From: Eutreptiella sp. 'Long Island Sound 2002'
Lineage: Eukaryota > Protista > Euglenida
Assembly (NCBI GenBank): GCA_964036045.1
Contig: OZ038378.1
Location: 34,410,001-34,474,000 of the forward strand
Length of the DNA stretch: 64,000 nucleotides
Direction: 5' to 3'
Part shown: piece after piece, positions 47,226 through 60,459 of the stretch
Layout: each line of letters begins with the position of its first letter
Position numbering within the stretch: the stretch's first letter is position 1
Program-made: the position numbers and the translations under genes
Notes under the pieces: generated by a model
The model's database searches: none
What the model was told of the DNA's origin: nothing
The model's input: the letters and a program-made list of their open reading frames with translations, nothing else

Positions 47226-49294
47226 CGTTAGGGGGCGGTAGTCTGCAGCGGCGCCTGCCCGCCGGCCCGGGGGGCTCAGAGCCCTTGCCCGGTTGGTGGC
47301 CGTTGCTAAGACACGCCCTGACCGCCCCTTCCCACCCCCTTCGGCGGCGGGCCTCCCCATCCGTAGACCTCTGGGCTGGGTCTTCGGGTCCGAAGACCGT
47401 ACTAACTCCCCGCTTTCGCGAGCTGGAAGATCGGGGTATCCTTTGCCCCTACCCGGCCATGCTAAGCAGCAAGCAGGCGAGGTAAGCAGGCAGTACCGGA
47501 GATCATAACCACGGGGTAGCAGTAGCAGGGACTCAACGTTAGTCCTCTTGACCAAAACCCTAAGTTCCGCCGGGGGGTTAACTCCCGAACAATACGGTAC
47601 TTAGGGCCCCCTTGGGCAGTTGAAGCTTGCGGGGATGCGAAGAGGCGTGACCACAAGCACTTTCGTCTAGCCCGTCATACCCAAACTCTGGGCTTGCCTC
47701 GATGCAGCCGGTTGAGTCCCGCTTTGGGGGGCGCACTGAAATGGGCCTGGGGGAGGCCCTTTGACCCTTTAAGCATTCGGTATGGCAGTAATGCAAGGGG
47801 CTTGAGTTAATTACGTAATGTACAAATTTACCCTCCAGACATGCCCTTTCCGGTGGTGCGCTCACTATTGGGGCTGCCCTTGGAGGATCGGGGACTGTCA
47901 CCCCTCCCGGACGCCCTCTCTGCTGTGGGCGCCGGGGTGGTGGCCGGGGGCCTTATACCTTAGCCATACTCAAAGGATGTTTGAATATTTTACCTTGGGG
48001 TGCCCAACCGGATAGGGGCTGGGGACAGTCATAATACTCCATTTCAACTGAGCACCATAATGTTGACATCTGTTTCCACATCCAAGATAGTTCCTTTTGT
48101 GTGCCGCGCAAGGGTGGCGTGCCCTCGAACTAATGACCAGCGGGGCCACACCGCTGCTTCCGGGGGGTTTGAGTGGGGCCCCCTGCCCTTTCCCCGGAGG
48201 GTTCCGTCCTTCATAGGGCACGACCCACAAGCACGGGAGGGTTCCGCCGGGCATAGGGCACCACCCACAAGTTCCATTTGCTAAGGGGGGGGGGCCTCGG
48301 TAGCGCGAGGTGGGTGCCATCGCCTCAGCGAAGTGGCGCTGCAGCAGGGGGCACTGGCTCCACCGCGGCCGCGGGGAGGGGCGGTGGGCATTTCATCGGG
48401 AGGGGGGGGGTCCTAGTGGGCCATCCCACCACTCCCTCTCGCCCCGTGCTCTCCCCACGACCCACTTCCCCTCGGCCCCCTTCCCTGCTACCCTCTAGGC
48501 AAACCTCGTCGTTGGCGAAGTTCCACTGCGGGGGGTCTCCTTGCCGCAACCGGATCGGGCTCAGGAAGGCATGTTCATGTCCTGGCCCTGGTGGTGTCCC
48601 TCGTACAGAGCTTGGGGACAGGGAGAGGGGGTGCATGGGAGGGGACGCATCTGGGTAGCGGCGGGAGCGCCGCGACATGCAGGAGGAGCAGGGGGAAGGG
48701 GGGGGTTGACCCTCTCCATCCCATGAACCCTTCTCCAATCTGCAGTAGCCCCCCTGTCCTCTTTTGCCTGCCCCCTCCCGGGTGCCTTCATCCCCTTCCT
48801 CCCTTGCACACACCTTGCCACGGAGGAGTAGGCGAAGCCCCTCTGCTTGGCGAGTCTCCGCGCCGTTCGCCAAATCGCCTGCAGGGACGGGGTTGTACAT
48901 GGGGTTGGGAGAGAGGGGGGGCACAGGGGCACACGCGGGGGCAGCGTTGGAGCTGGCAGAGGCAGGAGCGCTTGGGGGGGCGCATGTCTGGGCATCACTC
49001 AAGGCCTTGTGTGTGGGGTGGCGTGCTGGGGGGAGAGGAGGCGGAGGCTTCGTCAGCCGTCTCTGCTAGGGGTCGCCAAATGTTCCGTGGGCCGAGGCAG
49101 CCGGTACTAGGGGCCGTGCGGTCCCTTGTGATGGTGCTTGGCATTGGGGCGTGCAATCACCTGACACTGTTAGTATACTGCCTAAGGGCAGTGCCCGGGC
49201 CCTGTCGTCCGAGGCTTTGCACCAAGCACCCAGCCCATGGGTAGAGCTGGGGAGTACTTAGGGTGTGGTGTGGTGTGGTGTGGTGTGGTTCGGT

Positions 49295-49941
49295 GTGCCG
49301 AAGGCGCTGTTACCAAATGGCAAAGGCCGGGATGTCTACCCAAGGGCAAAGGTAAACGGGCTGGGCTGTGTGTGTTGTGTGCGCGCTGTGTGTAAGTGTG
49401 TTGTTGCATAGCCGGACCATTGCACTCTCACACTTAGCCGACACTGCCCTCCCGCCGCCTACGCGCAGTCACACAGGGTCTCATTGGTCCACCGCACCCT
49501 GCGTGCCGCGCTGCACCATCAGTGCTTTCTGTGTGGTGCCGCACTGCTTGGTGCTGTGCCCTACACTACACTGTGTGTGCCCTGCTACACTGTTGTTGCG
49601 GGCAGAGGGGAACGGGCAGTGTAACGCAGTGCCACTCCGCCTGGGGGCTGTGGGCACTGGAAATCCCGCTTCGCATGCCCGCCTTCCCTGAGGGCAGTTG
49701 GGAGTGGTACTCCTGCCGTACACTGCCTCTCTGCCTTGGGGCAGTGGGCCGGGCATCTCCTGCAATACACTGCCTCCCTGCCTGGGGCAGTGGGCAGTGG
49801 AACTCTTGCGACACACTGCCCTACCGCCCGGGGGCAGTGGGCAGCGCAATTCCTGCAACGCACTGCCTCACTGCCTAGGGGCAGTAGGCAGTGAGACACT
49901 TGCATTGGACTGCCCCACTGCCTGGGGGCAGGGGGCAGTGG
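49295..49941 (-). mobile_element. SINE-like element, copy 2 (shorter hairpin array)
   Basis: Co-linear with 34527-35150; (TGGTG)n at 49261-49290 and 49941-50073. Confidence 0.8.
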
Positions 49942-50073
49942 GTGTGGTGTGGTGTGGTGTGGTGTCGTGCTGTGTGATGTGGTGTGGTGTGGTGTGGTGT
50001 GGTGTGGTGTGGTGTGGTGTGGTGTGGTGTGGTGTGGTGTGGTGTGGTGTGGTGTGGTGTGGTGTGGCGTGGC
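49941..50073 (+). repeat. (TGGTG)n microsatellite / LINE-B2 tail
   Basis: Read directly. Confidence 0.95.
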
Positions 50074-53000
50074 GTGCCGAAGGCGGTGTTACCATATGGC
50101 AATTGTCGGGGTGTCTTGCTTACGGGAATAGTAAAATGGTGAGGGGTGTGTGCCTGTGCGTGCGGTGTGTGTGTACGCAACTGCCCGGCGGCCGGGGTTG
50201 CCCTCGCGTGTGGCACGTCAAGTTTAGTGCCGCTCAGGGGACCCCCTGCTGCTCCTTTTGTTGGTGTAGTTGCAGTTCCCGCAGCGCCCACGCCATGGTG
50301 CCTCCTGGTCCTGCTCTGCCCCTCTCTTGCCTTGGCGTGCGAGAGCCCCACGCGTTGAGACTCCTTGACCACCTTTCTGATGAACTCCGTGCCAGTGTCG
50401 TTCGGTGCCGTCAGCCCCTTGTGGGCCGTACATAGGGCGGTGTGGCGATGGCCGCCACCCACTGTTCCAAGACGGCAAGTTCCCATAGTTGGCCTTGTAG
50501 TTGCCAGGCCAGCGGCCCAACCACGCGTGCAAGCGTTGTCTTGCTCGGTGCCATTTGTGGGTGTGCACCGTGCAGGCCCACACATGTTGGGCCGTCCCGG
50601 GCTACTACCGCATAGCAAGCAGTGGGCTTGCATCTGCACATTGCGGTGGTGCGCACGTTCCGCCAGCACCGTCATGGTGGGAAGGATGCGCATGCGGCGG
50701 GCCCCTATGTGCCTTTGTCCCATTGGTGAAGCAGTCCAGGGGTAGGGGGGGGCCTGGTTGGAAGTTGGGTCCCCACTTGTGCTTGTCATGCACTCGAGCG
50801 GGCACCGCCGCTTGCTCTCGCAACCATTCTTGCAGGTCCGTTGGAGCCTGCTAGCAGTGGGCGTGGCAACGTACTCGGGGGGGGGGGGGGGTAGGCATAC
50901 GGGTGCCGCAACATCCACGTGAGAGCTGCCCGTGGGTCCTCCCTGGTGGTCACGCCTACCCCGATGTTGATGGAGGTAATCTTGTCCGCGGGGGTTACCA
51001 CCACGTTGATCGGGGACGTCGATGACAGGCGCTCCGCCCCCCGGGTGTGTACGTATAGGTGGTGTATCCCGTCACCGCACTTCCCTCCTTCTTGGTACGT
51101 GTGGAGGGTCGTGGCCGGCAGGGGGAGGTCATGGAACCACATCTATGTCTCCGTCCGGGGCTGCGCGTGCAGGGGAGCTGCCGTTGGGACCTTATGGGGA
51201 TGGAGCGTCGCGTGTCCCTCGACGTGCTCCCGTAGGTGGGTTTTGAGTGCCGGGGCCTAGCTCCGACGGTAGGGCACCGTGGCGCATGGCGCCGTCTAGA
51301 GGGGGCCTCGATGAGGGTGCCCGGGGCATTTTTGGGTAAGGCACCAGGTGGCGTAACCGAATAGTGCCACCGCCTCGCTTCGGAGATCAATCCACGGCTC
51401 CGGCGGCGGGGTGAGGCGAGCTCTGCGTTCCGCGCATGAGGCACGCAGTCCCAATAAGGGCTGTCCGGCCGGTTGCGGTGCCATACCCTTGTTGGACCCT
51501 CCGTGCCCGTGGCCTACAACTGCGGGGGTGTGGTTACCGTCTGCTCATCGTGCAAGCACACATGGAGGGGAGGCTCGGCTTGTGTGCTGATGTCCACAAG
51601 GCCCACCAGCAGCCAGTGGAGTTGGCAGTCGCTGGGGAACTCTCGGCGTGGCTACCCACAGACGTGCACCGCCACGGACCATCTCAGGATTGCCATAACG
51701 TCCTCCATGGCCATGGTGACCTGTATTGGCCTGCCGCGTTGGTACACCACCCGTTCCCGGGTGGTTTCCCACCCGCCAATGACCGTCGTGGCTGTATCGG
51801 GCTTGGTGCCCACATCTTGGGGGCTTGTTGCCATGAGGGGACGGGGTCCCCACTGCCACACGGCCTCGTGGTGCCAGAGCCATGTCCGGATTGTGTCCAC
51901 CATGCGGCCCCGGGGCACCTGCGCTCGCAGGTTGTTGGCACTGCGTACTGTGTCCTCGGGGTGTAGAAGTCCCCAAGGTGGTGGTACCTCAGCTCCAGGG
52001 CTGCGGTCAACAGTGCCTAGGGTACGTGGATGAGGGTTACGGCCCTGTACGCTGTGTCCTTGTGCGTCGTGTCACACGTTGTAAACCTTTGGGGGGGAGG
52101 GCGTGCTCTGTCAGGCGCTACTGGGGCGGGCCCCGCTAGGGTGCCGGGGGGGCGGTCGGGGCGAGGGCGGTAATAGGCAATATCCCCTCGCATTGCCTTG
52201 GGAGCCACATGGGCACACCCACTTCGTCCACCGCCACTGGAGCCCTCGCAGTTGGTGGGGGCAGTGACAGTGGTGGGTCCATTGGCACAGGGCTATCACC
52301 GCAGGGCACCTGCCATGGTGGGCGTGGCACTCTGCTAGGTAGGCCATCTAGGCCCACCGGATGTCCATCGCCCATGCCCCTTGGCGTACCCACTCCCGAC
52401 TAGGGCTACGTGCCATGAGTGCTCCGACCGGCGAAGCCCCATGCAACCATCCCTCCACGATTCCCACGGCGACTGCGTGTAGGCGGGATGTATTGGTGAC
52501 CTACTTCCAGTACCGGACCAGCAACGCGTCATTGGCTTGCTAGATGGTGGCTGTTGGGCGGTACACGCTAGCCGGTGCGAACTTCTTCGGCCTGACCTTG
52601 GCCTCCAACACCATCATGGCCGCATCGGGAGCTAGGCGTTGGGGTTGCATGTGCCCCCAAATCTCCGCCCTAAAGGCCGAGATGCAGTGGGGCACTGTGG
52701 GATTTCCTTGCACGAATATATCCGTACCCATGTGCCCAAAGACTGCGCAAAGATAGAGCTTCGTGCAGCCTTGCAGCACCAGCTTCTTGGCTTCCGGGGT
52801 GTTTGTAGCCCAAATGGACCACACGTGCGCATCCACTGCATCCGGGGTAGGGGACTGCAGGGGCACAGGGTCCTGCGTGGAGCTATTTTGGACCTTCTTA
52901 TCCCGCACGAGGATCCGCGGCAGCCTCTGGAAGTTGGTGCGGTGGTCCACTAGGGCCGCCTCTATGGGCTAGTCCTCTGTCCCGGCAACGATGGTGATGG

Positions 53001-56000
53001 TATCACCCGGCCACATCATTGTGGGGTGGTGCCCCGGCGGGACGGCACACGCTCCATATGCAATGTCGGCGTACCTAACGAATGGGACGGCCACCGTGGT
53101 GCCCACTTGCACCCTTGTATCGTGCCTTGGGGAATGACCAGCTGATGGTGCAGCATCCGGCTTCGAAGGGTCCCCAAGGGCATGGCGTTCCGATACCCCT
53201 TCGTATGTGCAAAGAGGTGATCGCAGTGCCTAGCGCCACGTGGCTGCCCACTATCGGGTGGACGTTTTGGGCAATAACATCGAAGCACTTGCCCAGATCG
53301 CCGATGAGGAGGCCTATGGTCTGTCCTCGGAGGCGGGCCATGTCCAGTGCCATGTGTACCGTCCGCACGACCTCGTGGAGCGATATACCCTTCATGCCCC
53401 CCACAAGGAAGGGCCCTGCCAAGGCGGGCTTTTATTCATGGGAGGCCTCCGCGAAGAGGGCCAATAGCTCCAAATCGAAGATATGCGGGGAGACCATGAT
53501 TTCCCATATATTGGCCTCCTCCACCGGTTGACTAGAGTCATTGAGCAGGAGCTTGACTGTTCCACGCTTGTCCACGGGCCAATGTATGCAGGGTGGGCAC
53601 ATGACAAGGCAGAGGGTGCATTTGTCGACTTCACTAAGGTTGCGGTAACCAGGTGATGTCCATGCAGAAATCTGCCTTGGACCGGGCCAAGTTAGGGCCA
53701 CACGCCTTCCCCGCTTGCACCTGGTACAAGTGCAGGGGTTGCACATACTCTCTTGGCGCCCGCTAGGGGGCCTTGGGGAGTAGGTGCAGGCAAGTCTCGA
53801 AGATGCGCCATGGGATTAGGTCGTCCTAGATGAGGTAGCTTTGTCCTTGGAGGTGTACCCCGTTGTGGCGTAGGGAAGCCAAGGGACACCAAGGTTTCCC
53901 TCAGGTTCAGCAATAGTCGGTTCGCCTAGGGTACCTCGCTGATGTGTTTCGGGGGAGCCCGGGTACGCAGCGGTACTTCCCTCCATTGCTCGGGGGTGCG
54001 GCGGAGATTCCTTGTAGTGTGGGCCTGCATCGAGCCCCTTGCCCCGAGGTCACGGAGGCACTGCCTCTTTTGGGCCTCCGCCATGGCCACTAAGGCTCTT
54101 TTCACGGCCTCAAGCCCCTGCGGGGCCCCGCCACTAATGGCATGTGCGTACCATTGGAAGGTTTGCACCGGGAGCCGCATGGAGCGCGCCGAGGATACTG
54201 TTCAGCGTGCCCCGGTTGCCTTTGTCCGCTCCGGCAGCCGCCGCCGGAGACGGTATGCCCGGAAGGTGAGCTTCCGGACCCTATCGTAACTCTGCACCCC
54301 GTCGGACATAACCCACTGCATGCAGCGCAGCCACAATTCTTGGGTTCTTTGGGATTGGGTGGGCTGGTGGGCGGCAACTGCTGGTTTGCAATCCACCTCC
54401 CTTTCTGGGGACAGAGCCACCCTGAGCACGTGGTGCTCTGCGATGCGGCTGTGCGATGCGGCCCGTGGCATCCGGGTGGGGTTTCTTCTCCCGGGCGAGG
54501 GGTGGATGACAACGTCAAGGAGGGGGAGGTTGTGGTCCGAGAATAGAGTGTTAGACCAGCAGTGGTAGGAGGCCACCGTCACGGGGGAGTTGGGCCGACA
54601 TGCCACCTTGTCTACGCGGCTACCTTCTCCCTGCAAAGAGGAGTAGGTGCCCGGGGTGACGGGTCGCGTTTCGACCAAGTCTTGGAGGCTCAAGGCTGGA
54701 AGGAAAGTGCGATCGCCAACATCTTCCCCCTCGAGTCTACTTTTATCCTCCGGTCGCGCTCGCGAGTTCGTGTCTGCTAGCAGCATGATCGATATGGGGT
54801 CCACCACTTAGGCAACCTGGCACCAAATATCCCCCTACCAGTGGAGATGTACTTCTTGTCCCGCCTATGACTGTGGGGAGTGCACGGCCAACCTATAGTG
54901 TTTCTTCCAGGGCATACCTGAGGTGTTTCCATCGCCCCAATCCCACAAGAGGGCTCCCCTTGTAGCGATGCCCTCCCAGACATAGACATCTCTGCCCGTG
55001 CCCGCCCGCCCCGCGCCCACGAGCACGTGGCGGGTATACTCTTCAAAGGGGGGGCTCCTCTTGCCACCGCCATGGCTGGCTTTCCACCAGCACCATTATT
55101 TTTGGGCGATTGGGCGCCATGTGCAGGGCCTGGGCTAACAGTCGTTGGCGCCAGTGGCGCCCCTGTATGTTCAGCCACATGTACCCCGCCGCATGGCCAT
55201 GATCCCCCGTCATCGGGCGCTCAGGGGAGACTTCGATTTTGGTGCCTCTGGTCTCGGATGGCCTGACCTAGGTCGGCAGCTACCCTTTGTGCCGTCGGGT
55301 TCTCCCGCGGCACCCTCAATACTTGGAGCAGGCTCATGGTACCACTCGCCGATTCCATGCCGGTCGGGTTGGATGCAGTCGCGCAACCATTCTACCGCCC
55401 CCCCCCCCTAAGCTTGAATTGGGTGTGCTTGGTGGGTTGCATGTGCTAGGTCACCCAGGAGGCCCTCCACCCCCTCCACGCCGCTTCCCAGATGACACCG
55501 ACACCCTTGGCTTTGGGGCCGATGGCCTCCCAGGGTGCTCTAGGGTTCTTCCCATGCTGCCCGGGCCACCAAGTCCGGGTCCACCACCAGCCTCACTTCC
55601 CCCCCGGGCTGGAGGCATGGCCACATTCTTTAAGCGGTTGTGCTGCTTGACGAGGATGGCTACTGGGCTTGTAGCTGCAAAGGACGGCTAGTGCGAGGGG
55701 GTCACTTGGTGCCAGATCACCAAGAGGGTTTCTGTGGGGACCTGCCTGGGGAGTGGTGGGGCACTCCAAGCGTAGGTGTACGCGATCACTTGGAGCCACC
55801 ATCCGGTGTGGTCACCCCCCGGGAGCCTCATCTCCACACGGCCTTCGCCGAGGAAGTATGTCGTGAAGCTAAGGCCCGGGGGGCCTAGGGTCCTGGAAGG
55901 CATCTCGTTGTCAGCTACAGATCTATTAGCTGGGGACTCCCACCGAGAAATTGCTGAGGCATAGCTGCTCGCATATGAGGCGGGCATACATAGCTTGGGC

Positions 56001-56107
56001 TTGGCTGAGCTTGTTCCCATGTGGGGAACGGGGCCCCGCGATGGAGGTCGCCGTCGATCCCGCCCCCCACATGCGGCGACCCACGTCGACGAGCCGCGTG
56101 GTATCAA
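50074..56107 (-). mobile_element. LINE-B2, diverged relative of LINE-B (decayed; interrupted at 56107)
   Basis: Diverged 3' terminus gtgccgaaggcggtgttacc, LIGDLGKCFDVIAQ, GTIQGC, MLLADTNS endonuclease and AHCLLCG knuckle. Confidence 0.85.
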
Positions 56108-56267
56108 CCCTAGTGGCCCAAATTAAAGTCAATATGGTTAATTTTAATTTTTAATATATGAACTGGTTGATATATTAATCTCGCAAATATTAAGAGGCTA
56201 AAGCTCAATTTTTTTGAATGGGTCATTTCTACCCATTTTTGCATGCACATATGAGGACCCATAAGGG

Positions 56268-58140
56268 GTGTTCCGTGGTATATTGTTGCACAACGGTATA
56301 GTAGAGAGGTTCCAATGTTGTATCGGTGGGTGTCTTGGACACCCCCCTTCCGGTTGCCCGCATCCCCCCCCCCTCCACACCACCATGTTCCCTTGTACAG
56401 CCCTTGTTATGCCTTTCTCTCGGGACACCCTTACCGAGCTTAACATAACGCTCGTGCGTTTGAGTGGGGCCAAGAGTTTGCGGGACCCTTTGGTCTCCTG
56501 ACTCCTTGGTGAGTGGGTGGCTTCATCTCCCTTGACCTGGGCCCGATGGTCCGAGGCCACGGAGGTTGGCTACCCCTCCCTTATTCGCGACAAGCAAAGG
56601 GAGGCGGTGAAGCAATATGCCTCGCTCCTCTTCTCGGCCCCGGACCTCATCGGCCTCCTCATGGACTTGAACGTCCCCAAGGTTGGCTTTCGCCACATGA
56701 TGGAGTATATGAGCCGCCGGGTGTCGGCCTACACGGCCGCAACCGGCCTCCCGTTCACCAAGCCCATCCCCACTCGGGGAGCGTTCGCGGACGCGTGGAA
56801 GGAGTGGGTCACCCCCCTTGACCTACGGCCGCCCGTGTCCATCCCCGATCCCCCGGCGAGTGGGCGCTCTTGGCCGCTACCGTCATGGGCCCGGTACGTC
56901 CAATCACGTCCATCGCTAGTGGTCACTATCGATTGGACAAGGCCCCTCACCTTCATAGTGCGTGGGGATGTGTACCCGAGCGCCAGTTTGTAGTTGGACC
57001 CAACTCTCCATTGGGCTCCTCAACCACGGCGCACGGGGCCGCACACCCACGTACTTGTGGGTGATAGGGATGGCCGTGTGCGGGGACAAGGATATGACAT
57101 GGCGGCACTTGCAACGATATGGGCCAATAACTTGAAGGTTTGTGGCCCATTCGTTGTTTGTTAATTTTTGCGTTGATTTCTCGAGATTAATATCTAGTTT
57201 TCGGTTAATATTAATGCCGACTGAAAAATAACTCAATATTAATCTCGAGCAATTAATGTAAATGTAAATCCATGTCTTTTTTGTAGGTATTGCAGTCCAT
57301 ACAAGACTGCGAGACGTTTTATTGGGTGTCGCGCTGGGTGCCAAGCAGGTTGGTCATCGGGAGAGACCAACCTTTCGTGCGGCGCCTCATCGGTGTGTCC
57401 ACCTCGCCCTTGGTGGGCTCAATTTACAATATGGGGCTATGGGACAAGGTTGCGGCGGCATGGGTCAACGTGGCGACGCGGCGCACCTTGAAGCGTGCGG
57501 AGGCGGCCCGGCGCCGCTACAAGGAGACCGGCCGTAGCTTGGAGAATGGGGGATGCAAGGGCGATCCACACATTGTGGTTGACCGGTGGGTGGTTTTCCT
57601 ATGCATCCTCCATTGTTGCATGACCATAGGCCGGCTCCAAGTGGCGTTCATCGAGACACGCCTCGTGGACCTCCCCAAGGAGAACGCTGACGCCGTGTTG
57701 CAAGGAGGCGTGTCAATCAAACTACCTCCTCTATTTGGAGGAGGATGTCACCGAGGCCGTGGCCAATGCACGCCGCTTGGGGGTATGGTGGGGTGCCGTG
57801 TGGGCGGATGTCGTTGAGAGCCTCAACGCCATCCTTAAGCGCGCATATCATGACCACTCGGGCCGTGGGGGGGGGGATGCCGTGGGCAACCCAACTAGAA
57901 CGGGAGGGGGAGGTAGTTTCACAAGTGTGGAAGTCCTGGTTTTTAAAATTTGACCTCCCGTTTTGCAACTACGGGACCACCCATACCGCCCCATGCACCA
58001 TGGCCAAACCCATGGCCACCCGTAGCCCCCCGCCCTCCACCCTTACTTCCCCACCGCCAGCTTTGTTTTATCCTTGCCCTGGACACGTCGGCAATGCAAA
58101 AGATGTTGGCGACATGTTCAATTCAAACAATGCAGCCCTG
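56268..58140 (+). pseudogene. Family 1 copy B transposase exons 1-2 (intron 57138-57286)
   Basis: IVRGDVYP, IGRDQPFVRRLIGV, LCILHCCMTIG and DVVESLNAILKR. TGA at 56499-56501, a frameshift near 56990, and an internal deletion near 57700 relative to copy A. Confidence 0.85.
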
Positions 58141-58358
58141 GTGTGTTTTGCTTGTGCACGCTTGCTTGTGTGCTTCGATTAATATTTGCGGCGACTTGCT
58201 TATTTTTTCGAGATTAATATTAATAGTCGCGTTCATTAATATTTACTATATCAATGAATGTTTCGATGTAAAATATTAAGTTCAAGAAATTAACCCGGGG
58301 GCTCAAAAATTAAAAAAATTTTGTTTTTCCACCCTCTCACACACACCCTCTCTCTCGA

Positions 58359-60459
58359 ATGGCGCAAGTGGAGCAGTGACTGGCAGTAGGAGCTGCTTCA
58401 GCAGCTCCTCCAGCCCCAGCTCCACCAGCGCCTCCTCCGCCGCCCGCAAGCCCAGCGGAGGAGTCAAGCGAAGACTCCTGGGATAGGCCAAAAAAAGGGA
58501 AGAAGGAGAAGAAGAAAAAGAACAGGGAGAAGAGGGAGAGGAGAGACAGGGAGAGGAGCCAGGGGCAAGGGGGGGGGTACAAGCCAGCCTGGGGGGGGGT
58601 CTAAGGAAGAGGGGGAGGGGGAACTGGTGGTGGACGAGGGGGACGGGGACAGGGACGGGGATGGAGTTGAGGTTGTTGACCCCCCCAATGACCCCCCCCC
58701 CCCTTTCCCCCAGTGGCTTCTCAACGCCCTGGGCCCCCAGTCTGCCACTGCCCGGACGGCGGGGGCGATCCCCTGGTCAGCACAGGTGTTAGAGTAGGGG
58801 TGCGCGGGGGATCAACCCGTTTTTTCCTCCCCCGCGCATGGCCACATGACAGCCATGTGGATTTTCCCTAGGTTAATCCGGAGTTTGATTCGCCGGAGGG
58901 AGGGGGGGCATAGAGGCACCCGGGGTAAGGATGCCTCCAGGCGGGGGGTCGGGGTCTGGAAACCCCTCCGTGGTGCCCCCCTGGCTCCCTTTCAAGAGAG
59001 CATGAGTGCGGGCAGTTTGCCCGCACTGAATTTTTTTTTTGACCCCCGCGCTGTCCGTTTCGGGACGCCGCATTACCAGATGCTGCTGCAGCACTGGGCC
59101 CAGCTAGGCCGGGTCAAGCAGTAGCGCCAGGGCAAGGCCGTGGTGTTCGGAGTGGATTGGGCCACTACCTGGCCCTGCCCCGGCTCATTTACGATCGGGG
59201 GTGTGAGCCCTCCAACGAGGGCTTGATACCCAACTCCCGCAGCGTGAAGGTGGCCTCGGTGGCCGCGAATGTCGCCAATGCCCTAATGGCCAGCGCGGGA
59301 GCCCCCATAGAGGCCTTCAGTGCAGCGTGTCACTTCCGAGATGCCATGGGGGCAGTGCAGGCAGCTGGCACCAGCGGTTCGTTCGAGGTATGGTGCTTGC
59401 TTGCTTTGCTTAATTTTTAGGTTGCCAGCATTAATTTCTCAAGTTTAATTTTTAATTTTTGAACCGCCACTCGAAATATTAAAAGTTAAAGGTTAGTATT
59501 AAACTCGAAAAATTATAAAAGTCGCTGAAAAAATTAATTCAGAATTTTTTTTTATTTCTGCATATGATTGACGTTGTGGTGAACGCAACGCATGCCAGGC
59601 CAATCCGGTTGGCCTGGCGAGACACTGAGGGCTCCGAGGAAGTACCCCTAGGGGCCCTACACCGCATCGTGGCCCGGGATCCACCCTTGGGCCTTGCTCT
59701 GTTGCGCGGTCTCCATGACTGGGAGACGGCGTATGTCGTGAGCGGCGTCTGGGTGACGTCGCGCCACTTCCGGCCCGGAGAGTGGGCTCGGATGCAGGAG
59801 GTGGGGTATGCGGGGGGGGACGATGAGGGGATGTGGGGGAGCATGGGAGGGGGTGTGGTGAGCGACGGAAAGGCAGGAAGGGAGCGGTTGGTGGGTTTGG
59901 GGGCGGAGACGGCCTTCGTAGGCCCTGCGGGCGGGGGGGGGGGGGGGGGGTTGCGCTTTTTGGCCCGGGGTATCGCCCCGTCGTCACTCTCGTCGGACGA
60001 CTCGAAGGGAAACTTTCCCTTCTTGGCGGGGATTGGGGGGGGGGGGGGGTTGGCCTGCGGCTTGGCTTGGGGGGGGGGGCTTTTGGGCCCCCCAAGACCG
60101 CCACCGCCATCCGCCCCCCCCCCCCGACCAAGACCGACACCCGCAAGGGTGCCGAGAAGAAGGACGACCGTCCCGAGGATCCGATTGTCGCGACGGTCGT
60201 CCACTTACCCTACCCCACCGGGGTAGAGAAGGCCACCGTCCGTGCTATCCACGGGCGGAAGTGCGGTGCCGTTTGGGTGGAATACCCGGGCGGCACCACC
60301 GTCTACGAGGTGGCCCGGCCCCTCCTCTTCCCCACCCTCGAGGAGGCCGAGCGGTACCGGGAAGAGGCCCGGGCAGGCAAGAAAAAGCCCAAACCCCCCG
60401 TCCCCACAAACGAAGAGAATAACCCCCCGAATGCGAACCCTACCACAGAACCCCACTAA
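58359..60459 (+). pseudogene. Family 1 downstream exons (58359-59387, 59564-60459): K/E-rich segment plus accessory coding region
   Basis: VFGVDWGHYLALPRLIYDRGCEPS, LAWRDTEG...DPPLGLALLRGLHDWE and LLFPTLEEAE are homologous to family 2. AT-rich introns at 58141-58358 and 59388-59563 have degenerate acceptors. Confidence 0.65.

Noticed and set aside
59555-59563. Non-canonical CAT splice acceptor
   Set aside because: This is a decayed TE copy whose intron 2 acceptor is also degenerate; a point mutation from CAG is more parsimonious.
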